Shown here: positions 8,671 through 17,274 of the stretch, piece after piece | Layout of the letters: each line of letters starts with the position of its first letter | How positions within the stretch are numbered: the first letter of the stretch is position 1 | From: Bacteroidota bacterium | GTDB lineage: Bacteria; Bacteroidota; Ignavibacteria; Palsa-1295 | Length of the DNA: 44,051 nt | Direction: 5' to 3' | Assembly: GCA_021825235.1 (NCBI GenBank) | Contig: JAKAIL010000002.1 | Span: 1-44,051 of the forward strand | The notes under the pieces: generated by a model | Seen by the model: only the letters and a program-made list of their open reading frames with translations | What the model was told of the DNA's origin: nothing | Database searches by the model: none | Program-made: the position numbers and the translations under genes

Positions 8671-10068
8671 TTACCTCGAGCTAAGCAACGCCCGATCGAT
8701 GCCCGAAGTATCTCCGATGACGAACCAGTTAAAGTTTCGGAGATACTTCACGGCCGCCGCCTGTAGCTGTTCCGGTGTCACGCTCGCCAACTTATCATAG
8801 TCAAAGAAGGCATTGTGCCAATCGCCGGTCGTTAGCTCGGCCTGCCCAAGGTACACCGCCTGCGATTGCGTCGTCTCCACGTTCATATAGTTCCGCGTGG
8901 CCCACCCCGCGACCCCTTCCCGGATCGCGGAGGGCCGTATTTGATTTTGCTGGAAAAAGTCCACGTCACGATAAATCAATTTAATTGCGCTGTCCACGTA
9001 TGGTGTTTGGAGCGTGATGATTCCTACAGACGTTTCGCCATTCCGGTCGTCCACATTTGGCGCGTAGGCGAGATTATGCTCGACGCGAATATGATTGAAT
9101 ACAAACCCGCCGAAGAAATTGCGAAGCCGGAGATAGGCATAGTAATCCGAATCGCCCTTGGATGGCACGAGATAGTAGCCAACGATATAGTGGGTCGGCA
9201 GCGGACGGCCGAAGGGAATCAAATAACATCCGGGCGAAAACGCCTTTGCAGGAGGCCCAACGGTTACCGGGGTGTAACTTCCTTCCGGAAGCTTAGCGAT
9301 CGTTTCTTCGATTTTTTTCGTAAGCGATTCGCGCGAAATATTTCCTACAACCGACAGCAGGAAGCGCGACTTTACCATTAATTGTGAAAAGCGCCGCTGG
9401 AGCAATGGGATTGATTCTCGATTCACGTCTTCGGCGCTCAGCACCCTGCCATAGGGATGCCCCGCATAATAAATTGAATCGGCTTCGAACGTGGAATAAA
9501 CGTCCGGATCATTATCGCGGCCCGCAATGCCAATCAGAACACTCCTTTTGAAATTATTGAATTCGACTTGGTCGAACGCCGGATGGAGCATGAGCCCGGT
9601 GAAGTAGGCCCAGGACGTATCGAAATTCTCCCGTGTGCATTCCATGCTGATGGCCGAGTAATCATTCCCGGCGTCGCCGCGAATACTCGTTCCCATACGG
9701 ACCATCTTGCGCTGGAAGTAATCTTTGCTCAGGTCCTGGTTACCGCTGGCGACCACGATATTAAGCGTAAAATACTCAGTCGAAATCGGGTCTTCCGGAG
9801 GCGCGGCAACTTCACCGCCCTTGATAAATAATACGGCACTAACCACGGGTGCGGCGGTCGATTGGCGCATGATCACATGAATGCCGTCCACATCGAACTC
9901 CTGCACATTGCTTACGACACTGGGATTCGGCGCATAGCTCGAACCGGAGCCGGAAGCACTCCCAGAGGTCGCATGGGAAGCGGCGCAGGAAATGAGTGTT
10001 AGGGAGAGGAGCAGGGCGGTGCTCCAAAAACCGATCGAACGATAAACCGAGCGAAAAGGCCGGGTCAT
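8671..10068 (-). CDS. M16-family peptidase-like lipoprotein, non-catalytic subunit
   Basis: Lipobox LISC. M16 fold by context and length. The HxxEH position reads STEYF, so the zinc ligands are lost. 4-nt ATGA overlap with the upstream M16 gene. Confidence 0.7.
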   Translation of the reverse strand: MTRPFRSVYRSIGFWSTALLLSLTLISCAASHATSGSASGSGSSYAPNPSVVSNVQEFDVDGIHVIMRQSTAAPVVSAVLFIKGGEVAAPPEDPISTEYFTLNIVVASGNQDLSKDYFQRKMVRMGTSIRGDAGNDYSAISMECTRENFDTSWAYFTGLMLHPAFDQVEFNNFKRSVLIGIAGRDNDPDVYSTFEADSIYYAGHPYGRVLSAEDVNRESIPLLQRRFSQLMVKSRFLLSVVGNISRESLTKKIEETIAKLPEGSYTPVTVGPPAKAFSPGCYLIPFGRPLPTHYIVGYYLVPSKGDSDYYAYLRLRNFFGGFVFNHIRVEHNLAYAPNVDDRNGETSVGIITLQTPYVDSAIKLIYRDVDFFQQNQIRPSAIREGVAGWATRNYMNVETTQSQAVYLGQAELTTGDWHNAFFDYDKLASVTPEQLQAAAVKYLRNFNWFVIGDTSGIDRALLSSR

Positions 10069-11495
10069 GGATGTTCCTCCAGAGTAGGTGGTTCGGCAGC
10101 AGCGGGAGACATATTCGGGTTTCCAATGGTGGAGAGCGTCGGGTGAATGAGTTGTTGGGCCTGCTCACTCATGGAAACACCGAGCACGTACGGCTTATGC
10201 TGGATATACCGATGAATATAGTTTGCGATGTCCTGCCGTGTAACTTTGCTCAGGTCCTGCAAATAGTGGCCATAATAGTCGAGCCCGGCGGCGGCCCACC
10301 AGAACGCCAGGTCGTGCGAGAAATCGCTGAGCTTCTCGCTGCGGTACAAGGTTTGGGTGCGGAGCACGCTCTTGGCCGTTTCGAGTTCTTCGTCAGAAAT
10401 ATAATTCGGGTCGTCAAACTTCGCTACCTGCTGCCAAAAGACCTTCATTACTGTATCGAGTTTATCTGGCGTTGTGACAATGTCCGCCGTGATAGGTCCG
10501 ACGTAGCGTTGCGTGTAATACCAGAAGTTCAGGCCCTGTACCAACCCGCTTTCGGAAAGGGTTTTCCAGAATTCCGATTCGGGTTGGGTGATGATATAGC
10601 TGAAGACATCGGCAACATAGGTTCCCTTGTCGTCCAGGCCGATCGAGGGACCATGCCATTGCACTTTTACAACGGCACGCGGATCGTTGACCGTGTCGAG
10701 GACCAGGATGGGATGCTCGAGCGGCGGGCACCGCTGTGGCGGATTGACGGCGAATGGATCGGGACCCGGCTTCCAACGGAGGAAGTATTTCGGAGCGAGC
10801 AGTTTGATGCTATCGGCACTAACATCGCCAGTCACGATGAGCAAGGCATTGTTAGGAATGTAATACTTGTCCTTAATGTGCAGCATCATGTCATGCGTAG
10901 CGGCATAGATCGCTGGGCGCTCGCCGAGCGGCTCTTTGCGCGAAAGCCAGGCACCCCACAGCGCCGAATCCATTTTATGCTGGAATTTGAAGTAGGGCTG
11001 GGCTTCATCCCGGTCGAATTCTCCCAAAACGACTTCCTTCTGTTTGTGAAGTTCTTCGGGCTTAAAGAGGGGTGAAGTAATGGCCCAGGCCATGAAGTCC
11101 AGCCCCGAATCGAGATTTTGCTTCGGCAAAGTGAAATAATATTCGACCTGCTCTTCATGGGTTTCCCCGTTGTAAACGATGCCCAGATCATCGACACGGT
11201 CCAGAAAATCATCTTCGGTTGTATCGCGCGCGTTGGCGGTGAAAAACATGTGCTCGTACAGATGAGAAAGCCCGTTATAGGCGTGGTCTTCGGTAAAAGA
11301 GCCGTTCTTCACCGCGATTTCAATGGTCACGATGGGCGTAAGATGATTTTCGACGACCAATACCTGGAGGCCATTGGAAAGCGTGAACCGCGTCCATGGA
11401 GGAAGTTGAGCAAAAACCTTAAGCGGGATGAGTGAAAGGAAGAGCAATGGCAGGAGTGCAGCGATTGCGCGGTGCCTTCTCGTGTGTGCGTGCAT
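10065..11495 (-). CDS. M16-family (pitrilysin/insulinase) zinc peptidase, catalytic subunit
   Basis: Signal peptide. Inverted zinc motif HxxEH in GLSHLYEHMFF. Confidence 0.88.
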   Translation of the reverse strand: MHAHTRRHRAIAALLPLLFLSLIPLKVFAQLPPWTRFTLSNGLQVLVVENHLTPIVTIEIAVKNGSFTEDHAYNGLSHLYEHMFFTANARDTTEDDFLDRVDDLGIVYNGETHEEQVEYYFTLPKQNLDSGLDFMAWAITSPLFKPEELHKQKEVVLGEFDRDEAQPYFKFQHKMDSALWGAWLSRKEPLGERPAIYAATHDMMLHIKDKYYIPNNALLIVTGDVSADSIKLLAPKYFLRWKPGPDPFAVNPPQRCPPLEHPILVLDTVNDPRAVVKVQWHGPSIGLDDKGTYVADVFSYIITQPESEFWKTLSESGLVQGLNFWYYTQRYVGPITADIVTTPDKLDTVMKVFWQQVAKFDDPNYISDEELETAKSVLRTQTLYRSEKLSDFSHDLAFWWAAAGLDYYGHYLQDLSKVTRQDIANYIHRYIQHKPYVLGVSMSEQAQQLIHPTLSTIGNPNMSPAAAEPPTLEEHP

Positions 11496-11601
11496 GCGGT
11501 TTTTCCGAATTGAGTAAACCTGCCTACGGCACTGCGGCGGCTTTGTTCCGTCTGGAATGAAGTGCTGAGCGTTCGATATAGGCCGGCAATTTCAAAGCCA
11601 G

Positions 11602-13131
11602 CTACTTTCTGGAAAAGTTCACCAGCCGAAGGATTACCTGGTCCTCCAAGGCTCCGATCATGCTTCCGGAGCAGGTATAATTATTCGCGAGAATGGAAAA
11701 GGCCAATGGCTCGCCATCGCGCGTCGTGAGATACCCCGAAATGGAGCGAACGCCTGTCATCGAGCCGGTTTTTGCATGAACATTACCTTCTGCTGGCGTT
11801 CCTTTAAGGCGATGATCGAGCGTGCCATCGACTCCCATAATGGGAAGGGAATTGTAAAAAGCTTGGCGGGTACTCTCTTTCAAGGGACCGAAATGACTCA
11901 AAGGACTTGACGGACTACTGTCCTCTCGGTTAATTGAGCCCTTTAAGTCACTTGGGTACCATACCTGAAGCACTTTAACAATATCCCCCGCGGTAACCAA
12001 ATCCATTCTCGAAAGCCCGGAGCCGTCCGTAAACTGGACCTGCTCAGTGTCGATGGCAAGCGAGGCAAGATAGTTTCTCATGACCGGTGCGCCGCGCGTC
12101 CAGCTCCCCTCGCCCCCAATAGCTTTCGCGACATCACGAAAAAGAATTTCCGCATACACGTTGTCTGAGACTTTATTCATGGCACGGACTAACGAATCGA
12201 GCGGGGGGCTCGTCCAGGAGGCCAGAATTGCTCGCCCGTGCCGGCTCGGAAGTTCCTTCCATGCCATCCGAATTCTCGCTCTGCGGAGCGCATCGCGGAG
12301 TGCCCGCGCCGCATAGCGTTCCGGAAACTGGATGGACGTTTGCTCCTCCTGAGGCGCGCTGGAACTTGGAATCGTTCCAATAATCTCGATCGTATCGGAA
12401 CCGAACAGCCGAATGGCATCGATCGTGGAAGCGGCCGTGGCATCTCCCGTCACCGCAAGATTCTTTAGGATCCCAAAATGAACTTGTTGCGGGGCATAGT
12501 GTACCCAGGGCCGTTTCCCAGGCCGTGAGGGTGAAATGATCACCGAGACTTGATTCTCATCATACGTAAGTGCCGTAATGGGTGTCGCGTAATAATAGGG
12601 AGCATCATCTATCTGCCACCCATCAGGATATCGTTCCGGAGAGAAATAGGAATTATCCACAAGGATTCTCCCCGCAATCGAGCGGATTCCTTTTCGCCGC
12701 AATTGCTTTGTCCATTGTTGAAACACCTCGGAATTCGCGCCCGCTAAATAAAGTGATGTGGCTCCAAAGGAAGGATCGCCCGCGCCATGAAGGATAAGAT
12801 TTCCGAACAGCGTATGTCCGCGAATTTTGCCATCCGTTTGAAGCCGCGTGATGAAGCAATAGTGCGGCCCCAGGTAGTGGAGCGCCTCCGAACTGGTAAA
12901 AAGCTTCAGGTTCGAAGCGGGGGTAAGGCTTTTGGCATCGTTTCGTTGATAAAGGTATTCTCCTGTCCGGAGCGATTGAATGGCCACGCCAAACGTGGCA
13001 TTTGAAAATTCGGGATTTTGGAAAAGGCTGTCGAGAGAGTGCTGAAGATACTCGATATTTTGTGCCTGGACATTGAAACGGAAGGCGAATGTTATCGCTA
13101 TTAGCGCCGCGCACTGAATTAAAAATCTCAT
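11602..13131 (-). CDS. dacB: D-alanyl-D-alanine carboxypeptidase/endopeptidase (PBP4, S13 family)
   Basis: SxxK (ASNLK), SxN (SDN in KVSDNVYAE) and KTG (HAKTGSMTG) motifs, plus a signal peptide. Confidence 0.88.
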   Translation of the reverse strand: MRFLIQCAALIAITFAFRFNVQAQNIEYLQHSLDSLFQNPEFSNATFGVAIQSLRTGEYLYQRNDAKSLTPASNLKLFTSSEALHYLGPHYCFITRLQTDGKIRGHTLFGNLILHGAGDPSFGATSLYLAGANSEVFQQWTKQLRRKGIRSIAGRILVDNSYFSPERYPDGWQIDDAPYYYATPITALTYDENQVSVIISPSRPGKRPWVHYAPQQVHFGILKNLAVTGDATAASTIDAIRLFGSDTIEIIGTIPSSSAPQEEQTSIQFPERYAARALRDALRRARIRMAWKELPSRHGRAILASWTSPPLDSLVRAMNKVSDNVYAEILFRDVAKAIGGEGSWTRGAPVMRNYLASLAIDTEQVQFTDGSGLSRMDLVTAGDIVKVLQVWYPSDLKGSINREDSSPSSPLSHFGPLKESTRQAFYNSLPIMGVDGTLDHRLKGTPAEGNVHAKTGSMTGVRSISGYLTTRDGEPLAFSILANNYTCSGSMIGALEDQVILRLVNFSRK

Positions 13132-13158
13132 TGTTGCAAAATTACAACGCTTTTTACT

Positions 13159-14295
13159 ATGTCAGACATTCTAACAGCCCCCGAACCCACACGGCGCGCC
13201 ACAGAAAAAGATTTTCTACCGATCCGCGCCATCGATCATTTGGAATTTGTCGTCGGTAATGCGAAGCAATCGGCGCATTATTACCGCTCGGCCTTCGGCT
13301 TTAAGCTGACGGGCTATGCCGGCCTCGAAACAGGTGTTCGCGACCGCGCAAGCTATGTGCTCGAGCAGGGAAAGATCCGCCTCATCCTTACGACCCCGCT
13401 CGTGCCGGACCATCCGTACCAGGAGTTACTTCGGCAGCATGGCGATGGCGGGCATGACATTTCACTCGAAGTGAACGACGTCGAAAGCGCCTACCGCGAG
13501 ACGACCAAGCGCGGAGCTATTGGCGTACAGGAACCACGTGAGGTGACCGACGAGAATGGTACGTATCGCACCGCTGCGATCCGCACCTATGGCGATACCC
13601 TGCACAGCTTTGTGGACCGAAAAGAGTATCGCGGTTTCGCGCCGGGATACAAAGCCATCACGAAAGAGGACATCGTTGCGCGACCGACCGGGCTCGCGGC
13701 GGTGGACCATATCGTCGGCAATGTCGGCTGGAACCAAATGAACGAGTGGGTCAAGTGGTATGAAGAAGTAATGGGATTTCATGTCTTCATTTCCTTCGAC
13801 GACAAAGATATTTCGACCGAATATTCGGCGCTGATGTCCAAAGTGATGGCGTCTGGAACGGAGAAAATCAAGTTTCCGATTAACGAGCCGGCGACGGGCC
13901 GAAAAAAATCGCAGATCGAAGAGTATATCGAGTGGTACAATGGCCCCGGTGTGCAGCATGTAGCGCTGGCGACCGGCAACATTATCGAAGCGGTGACCAA
14001 GCTTTCCGCTCAGGGTGTGGAGTTCCTGCGCGTACCGAGCGAATACTATCGCGAGCTTCAGGACCGAGTCGGGAAGATCAATGAGCCCATCGAAGAATTA
14101 GAACGGCTCGGCATCCTGGTGGATTGCGATGACGATGGCTATATGCTGCAAATTTTTACCAAGCCGGTAGAAGACCGTCCCACGCTCTTTTTCGAAATTA
14201 TCCAGCGCCGTGGCGCGCGCAGTTTTGGCAAAGGCAATTTCAAGGCACTCTTCGAATCTATCGAGCGCGAGCAGGAATTGCGGGGGAATTTGTAA
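13159..14295 (+). CDS. hppD: 4-hydroxyphenylpyruvate dioxygenase
   Basis: Two VOC domains. Characteristic C-terminus FFEIIQRRGARSFGKGNFKALFESIEREQELRGNL. Confidence 0.93.
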   Translation: MSDILTAPEPTRRATEKDFLPIRAIDHLEFVVGNAKQSAHYYRSAFGFKLTGYAGLETGVRDRASYVLEQGKIRLILTTPLVPDHPYQELLRQHGDGGHDISLEVNDVESAYRETTKRGAIGVQEPREVTDENGTYRTAAIRTYGDTLHSFVDRKEYRGFAPGYKAITKEDIVARPTGLAAVDHIVGNVGWNQMNEWVKWYEEVMGFHVFISFDDKDISTEYSALMSKVMASGTEKIKFPINEPATGRKKSQIEEYIEWYNGPGVQHVALATGNIIEAVTKLSAQGVEFLRVPSEYYRELQDRVGKINEPIEELERLGILVDCDDDGYMLQIFTKPVEDRPTLFFEIIQRRGARSFGKGNFKALFESIEREQELRGNL

Positions 14296-14350
14296 ACCTT
14301 TTCTCAAAATATTGTCCTAATCTTTAAGAAAGCTATTTTGGTTCAAATTA

Positions 14351-14370
14351 GCATGAACTCTTGTTCATGC
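14351..14370 (+). terminator. Hairpin GCATGAAC-tctt-GTTCATGC, 56 nt after the hppD stop; possible weak terminator
   Basis: Perfect 8-bp stem, but the downstream T-tract is poor (AATATGGTAATTCT). Confidence 0.3.
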
Positions 14371-14566
14371 AATATGGTAATTCTAAAGTAACTTCTTTCA
14401 CATTCGCCATAGGGTCACACTACCATTTTCTAACCGAGGTCTGCCTGGGTTGTACTCAGGAGCCGGATTGAAGCATCGACCAGCGATGGCCATCGGCCCT
14501 TTGAGATGAGCAACCGCTCATATTGATGGTGGTTGAGTTCTTACGGTGAATACCCATACATCAATC
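14371..14566 (+). promoter_or_regulatory. Candidate structured leader or small-RNA body preceding the strong terminator at 14567-14610
   Basis: About 200 nt with no credible ORF. Local hairpins: CGATGGCCATCG palindrome at 14483-14494, and ATGAGC-aacc-GCTCAT at 14505-14520. AGGGTCAC at 14411-14418 mimics the terminator 3-prime arm. Confidence 0.3.
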
Positions 14567-14610
14567 GTGGCACCCTGCTTGCAAAAATGCAGGGTGTCAC
14601 TTTTTATTTT
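14567..14610 (+). terminator. Strong rho-independent terminator or attenuator ending 6 nt before the ATG at 14617
   Basis: 12-bp stem (14567-14578 GTGGCACCCTGC / 14589-14600 GCAGGGTGTCAC) with one G-U pair that only works on the + strand RNA. 10-nt loop, then TTTTTATTTT (14601-14610). Confidence 0.8.
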
Positions 14611-14616
14611 AAAGAT

Positions 14617-14979
14617 ATGAAAACACTAATGTTAGTAATAATGGCACTTGCGCTGAGCTATGTAACGCCTCGGGCGCAGGGGCGTGGCCATGCGTATGGC
14701 CGCTATAAGCACGAGGAACGAATTGAGCACCGGGCGCCTGGAGTGAGAATTTATCGGCCGAGACCACGAGTCCAGTATTATCGTGCTCCGGTGCGAACCT
14801 ACTACTACCGGCGGCCTTCCATTAACTTTTCCTTCCCGTTCGGATATCGCGTGTACCAGCCCTATCAGCAATATTATTACCCATACACTTATACCCCGCA
14901 GTATCGGTACGAGCGGCATGAGCACGAGGAGGAGGAAGAACACGAGCACCGTTTTGCCCATGAACGGCGTGAACGGTAG
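14617..14979 (+). CDS. Small secreted low-complexity protein (Tyr/Arg/Pro-rich core, His/Glu-rich tail), unknown function
   Basis: Start moved to the ATG at 14617, which gives the signal peptide MKTLMLVIMALALSYVTPRAQG. The rest reads YYRAPVRTYYYRRP...YQQYYYPYTYTPQYRYERHEHEEEEEHEHRFAHERRER. Confidence 0.6.
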   Translation: MKTLMLVIMALALSYVTPRAQGRGHAYGRYKHEERIEHRAPGVRIYRPRPRVQYYRAPVRTYYYRRPSINFSFPFGYRVYQPYQQYYYPYTYTPQYRYERHEHEEEEEHEHRFAHERRER

Positions 14980-14985
14980 TGGGAA

Positions 14986-15588
14986 TTATCCCACGGCCAT
15001 GGCCTGCTCCGGCATCGTTGCTTCATGGTTCAGCTCGATCGGCTGCGAAGTGAATCGCTCGATATAAGGACGTACCGTGGCGAGATCGATAAAATGTTTG
15101 CCTACGGCGTTGCGGAGCTCGCGCGCCACGGTATCCTGCGTAGAAGCCACAATAACGCGCTTTCCATAGCTGCGTAATAATTCCACGGCCCGCTCGAAAT
15201 CGCCATCGCCGGTAACGAGCACGGCCGTGTCGTATTGTGCGATGGTGGTGAAGAGATCGATCGCAAGTTCCAGATCGAGATTCGCCTTCCGTGTCAGTTC
15301 ACCCGAAGCCTCGTCCCGGAACGACTTAATCGTCTTTACTCGGACAGTATAGCCGGAATGGTTCAGGTAGCCATAGAAACTGGTTTCTCGCGGGTCCGGC
15401 GGCATTTTTTGAGAGGCATACCAAAAGGCATCGCCGATAATGCAGCCTTGAGTGAAATAATCCAGGAGCTTTCGGGGATCGAAAAACCAGCCGAGCGAGC
15501 GCTGAGCATAATAGGCATTCTCACCATCGACGAAGAGAGAAACCCGCGTGGATTCCCGATTACTCAGGAGAGGATTTTGAGTTTGCAT
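14986..15588 (-). CDS. NYN-domain (LabA/DUF88-like, PIN-related) protein
   Basis: VSLFVDGENAYYA near the N-terminus and AVLVTGDGDFERAVELLRSYGKRVIVAS. Start taken at the ATG at 15588. Confidence 0.8.
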   Translation of the reverse strand: MQTQNPLLSNRESTRVSLFVDGENAYYAQRSLGWFFDPRKLLDYFTQGCIIGDAFWYASQKMPPDPRETSFYGYLNHSGYTVRVKTIKSFRDEASGELTRKANLDLELAIDLFTTIAQYDTAVLVTGDGDFERAVELLRSYGKRVIVASTQDTVARELRNAVGKHFIDLATVRPYIERFTSQPIELNHEATMPEQAMAVG

Positions 15589-15650
15589 AATAATTCGTTG
15601 TAAGATTATCAATAAATCGTGACCATCGGCCACTCATTTAGTTACCATTC

Positions 15651-16775
15651 TCAAGCGGTCGCGCGTCCGGTTCCATTAATTCGTTTTCCCGTTTCGCGAT
15701 CGAAAAAATGCATGGCGTCCGCCGGAATCCGAAACGTTACCGTTTCGCCAAGCGCTGGCATAGCCGCCGTAGCACCTTCGGTATGAGGCACGCTCGCAAT
15801 GAGCGATCCGCCGAACGCGTCCTCGCGTTCAATATAATAATGCGTAACCCCGCCGAGGGGTTCGACCAGTATTAACTTTCCCGAGATGCTATCCGTGCCA
15901 TCGGAAGCGGTCTTGCGTTCGAGGCGAATGGTCTCCGGACGAAATCCTAGATACACATTAATCGGTTTTGCCACTCCTGGTATCCGAAGGTGAAGATCGT
16001 TTGAGATAAAAGAAGCTTGTCCATGCTCTTCCACAATACCGCCGGGAAGGATATTCATGGGCGGAGACCCCAGGAACCGCGCAACGAATACGGTAGCCGG
16101 CTGGTCATAAATTTCCGCCGGAGTTCCAAACTGCTCTAATTCGCCTTTATTCATCACTGCAATGCGGTCGCCCATCGTCATTGCTTCCACCTGATCGTGT
16201 GTTACGTAGAGCATGGTAGCGCCAAGCCGTCGCTGCAGCCGCTTAAGTTCCGCGCGCATTTGCGCGCGCAGCGCGGCATCCAGGTTCGAAAGCGGCTCGT
16301 CAAATAAAAATACTTTGGGCCGGCGTACAATGGCTCGACCCACGGCCACGCGCTGGCGTTCGCCACCGGAAAGTTCCTTTGGTTTTTTCTTCAGATACCG
16401 GTCGATGCTGAGCAGCGTTGCCGCTGCTTCCACTTCCGTCTTGATTTGCGCCTTCGGAACTTTCCGCATTTTGAGAGGAAATGCCATATTCTCGAAGACT
16501 GTCATGTGGGGGTAGAGCGCGTAGTTCTGAAAGACCATCGCGACATCGCGGTCTTTCGGTTCGCGGTCATTCATACGCTGACCATCAATGAGGAGATCGC
16601 CGCCTGTAATCTCCTCCAGCCCCGCGACCATGCGGAGCGTCGTCGTTTTGCCGCAACCGGAAGGTCCCACGAGCACGACGAACTCGCCATCGCGGGCGGT
16701 CAGCGTAACGCCTTTTACAGCGTGCGTTTCGTTCTCATAGCGCTTTTCGAGATTACGGAGTTGAACTTCAGCCAT
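15651..16775 (-). CDS. ABC transporter ATP-binding protein, MalK/UgpC/MsiK type
   Basis: Walker A GPSGCGKTT, signature LSGGERQRVA, Walker B FLFDEPLSNLDA, and a C-terminal TOBE-like regulatory domain. Confidence 0.92.
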   Translation of the reverse strand: MAEVQLRNLEKRYENETHAVKGVTLTARDGEFVVLVGPSGCGKTTTLRMVAGLEEITGGDLLIDGQRMNDREPKDRDVAMVFQNYALYPHMTVFENMAFPLKMRKVPKAQIKTEVEAAATLLSIDRYLKKKPKELSGGERQRVAVGRAIVRRPKVFLFDEPLSNLDAALRAQMRAELKRLQRRLGATMLYVTHDQVEAMTMGDRIAVMNKGELEQFGTPAEIYDQPATVFVARFLGSPPMNILPGGIVEEHGQASFISNDLHLRIPGVAKPINVYLGFRPETIRLERKTASDGTDSISGKLILVEPLGGVTHYYIEREDAFGGSLIASVPHTEGATAAMPALGETVTFRIPADAMHFFDRETGKRINGTGRATA

Positions 16776-16869
16776 GCACAGGAAGCGGTAATCTATCCAT
16801 GAACGGTTAGTATTGCCGGGCGGTTCGAATTACTTCAAAGAATAGCAGGCTTCCAAACCCATTAACAGC

Positions 16870-17274
16870 ATGGCACAAAAAATTCTCCGGCAAGTCCGGA
16901 CCTTTCATGCTACGCCGCAAGAGCTATACAACGCACTCATGGACTCGCGGAAACACGCCAAATTCACTGGGGCACCAGCGAAGATCAGTTCGAAGGTTGG
17001 CGGTAAATTTACCGCATTCAGCGGGGATCTCGAAGGGACAAACCTTGCGCACACGCCGAACAAGAAAATCGTTCAGTCCTGGAGATCGTCCAATTGGCCG
17101 GAAGAAGATTTTTCGCGGGCGACGTTTGCACTCACCCCAGCGGGCCATGGCAACACGAAGCTTACGTTTACGCAATCGGGCATTCCCGAGGGACGCAATG
17201 AGGGTATTAAGCAGGGGTGGATCACCTTTTATTGGGAATTACTCGCCGAATTGTTTTCAAAAAATGGCGCTTAA
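16870..17274 (+). CDS. SRPBCC-superfamily protein (Aha1/AHSA1-like domain)
   Basis: Pattern FHATPQELYNALMDSRKHAKFTG...GGKFTAF...IVQSWR...TKLTFTQSGIP. Confidence 0.75.
   Translation: MAQKILRQVRTFHATPQELYNALMDSRKHAKFTGAPAKISSKVGGKFTAFSGDLEGTNLAHTPNKKIVQSWRSSNWPEEDFSRATFALTPAGHGNTKLTFTQSGIPEGRNEGIKQGWITFYWELLAELFSKNGA

Noticed and set aside
9996-11075. The 359-aa ORF on the + strand, antisense to the M16 peptidase genes
   Set aside because: It lies entirely within two well-supported minus-strand genes that carry clear motifs. Its sequence is Arg/Gly-rich with no motif, which is typical of an antisense shadow ORF.
14405-14450. Resemblance of TAGGGTCAC...CCGAGG..CTGCCTGGGT to guanidine-I (ykkC) or ZTP riboswitch cores
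   Set aside because: Only fragments match. The conserved downstream elements I remember for either class (for example GGGA..AAAGCCCGGGAGA, or the GGGTCGTG..CCGCCTGGGC pairing geometry) are absent. The downstream gene type also does not fit.
16822-16830. GGTTCGAAT as a tRNA T-loop
   Set aside because: The flanking bases do not form a T-stem. No acceptor or anticodon arms can be drawn in 16776-16869.
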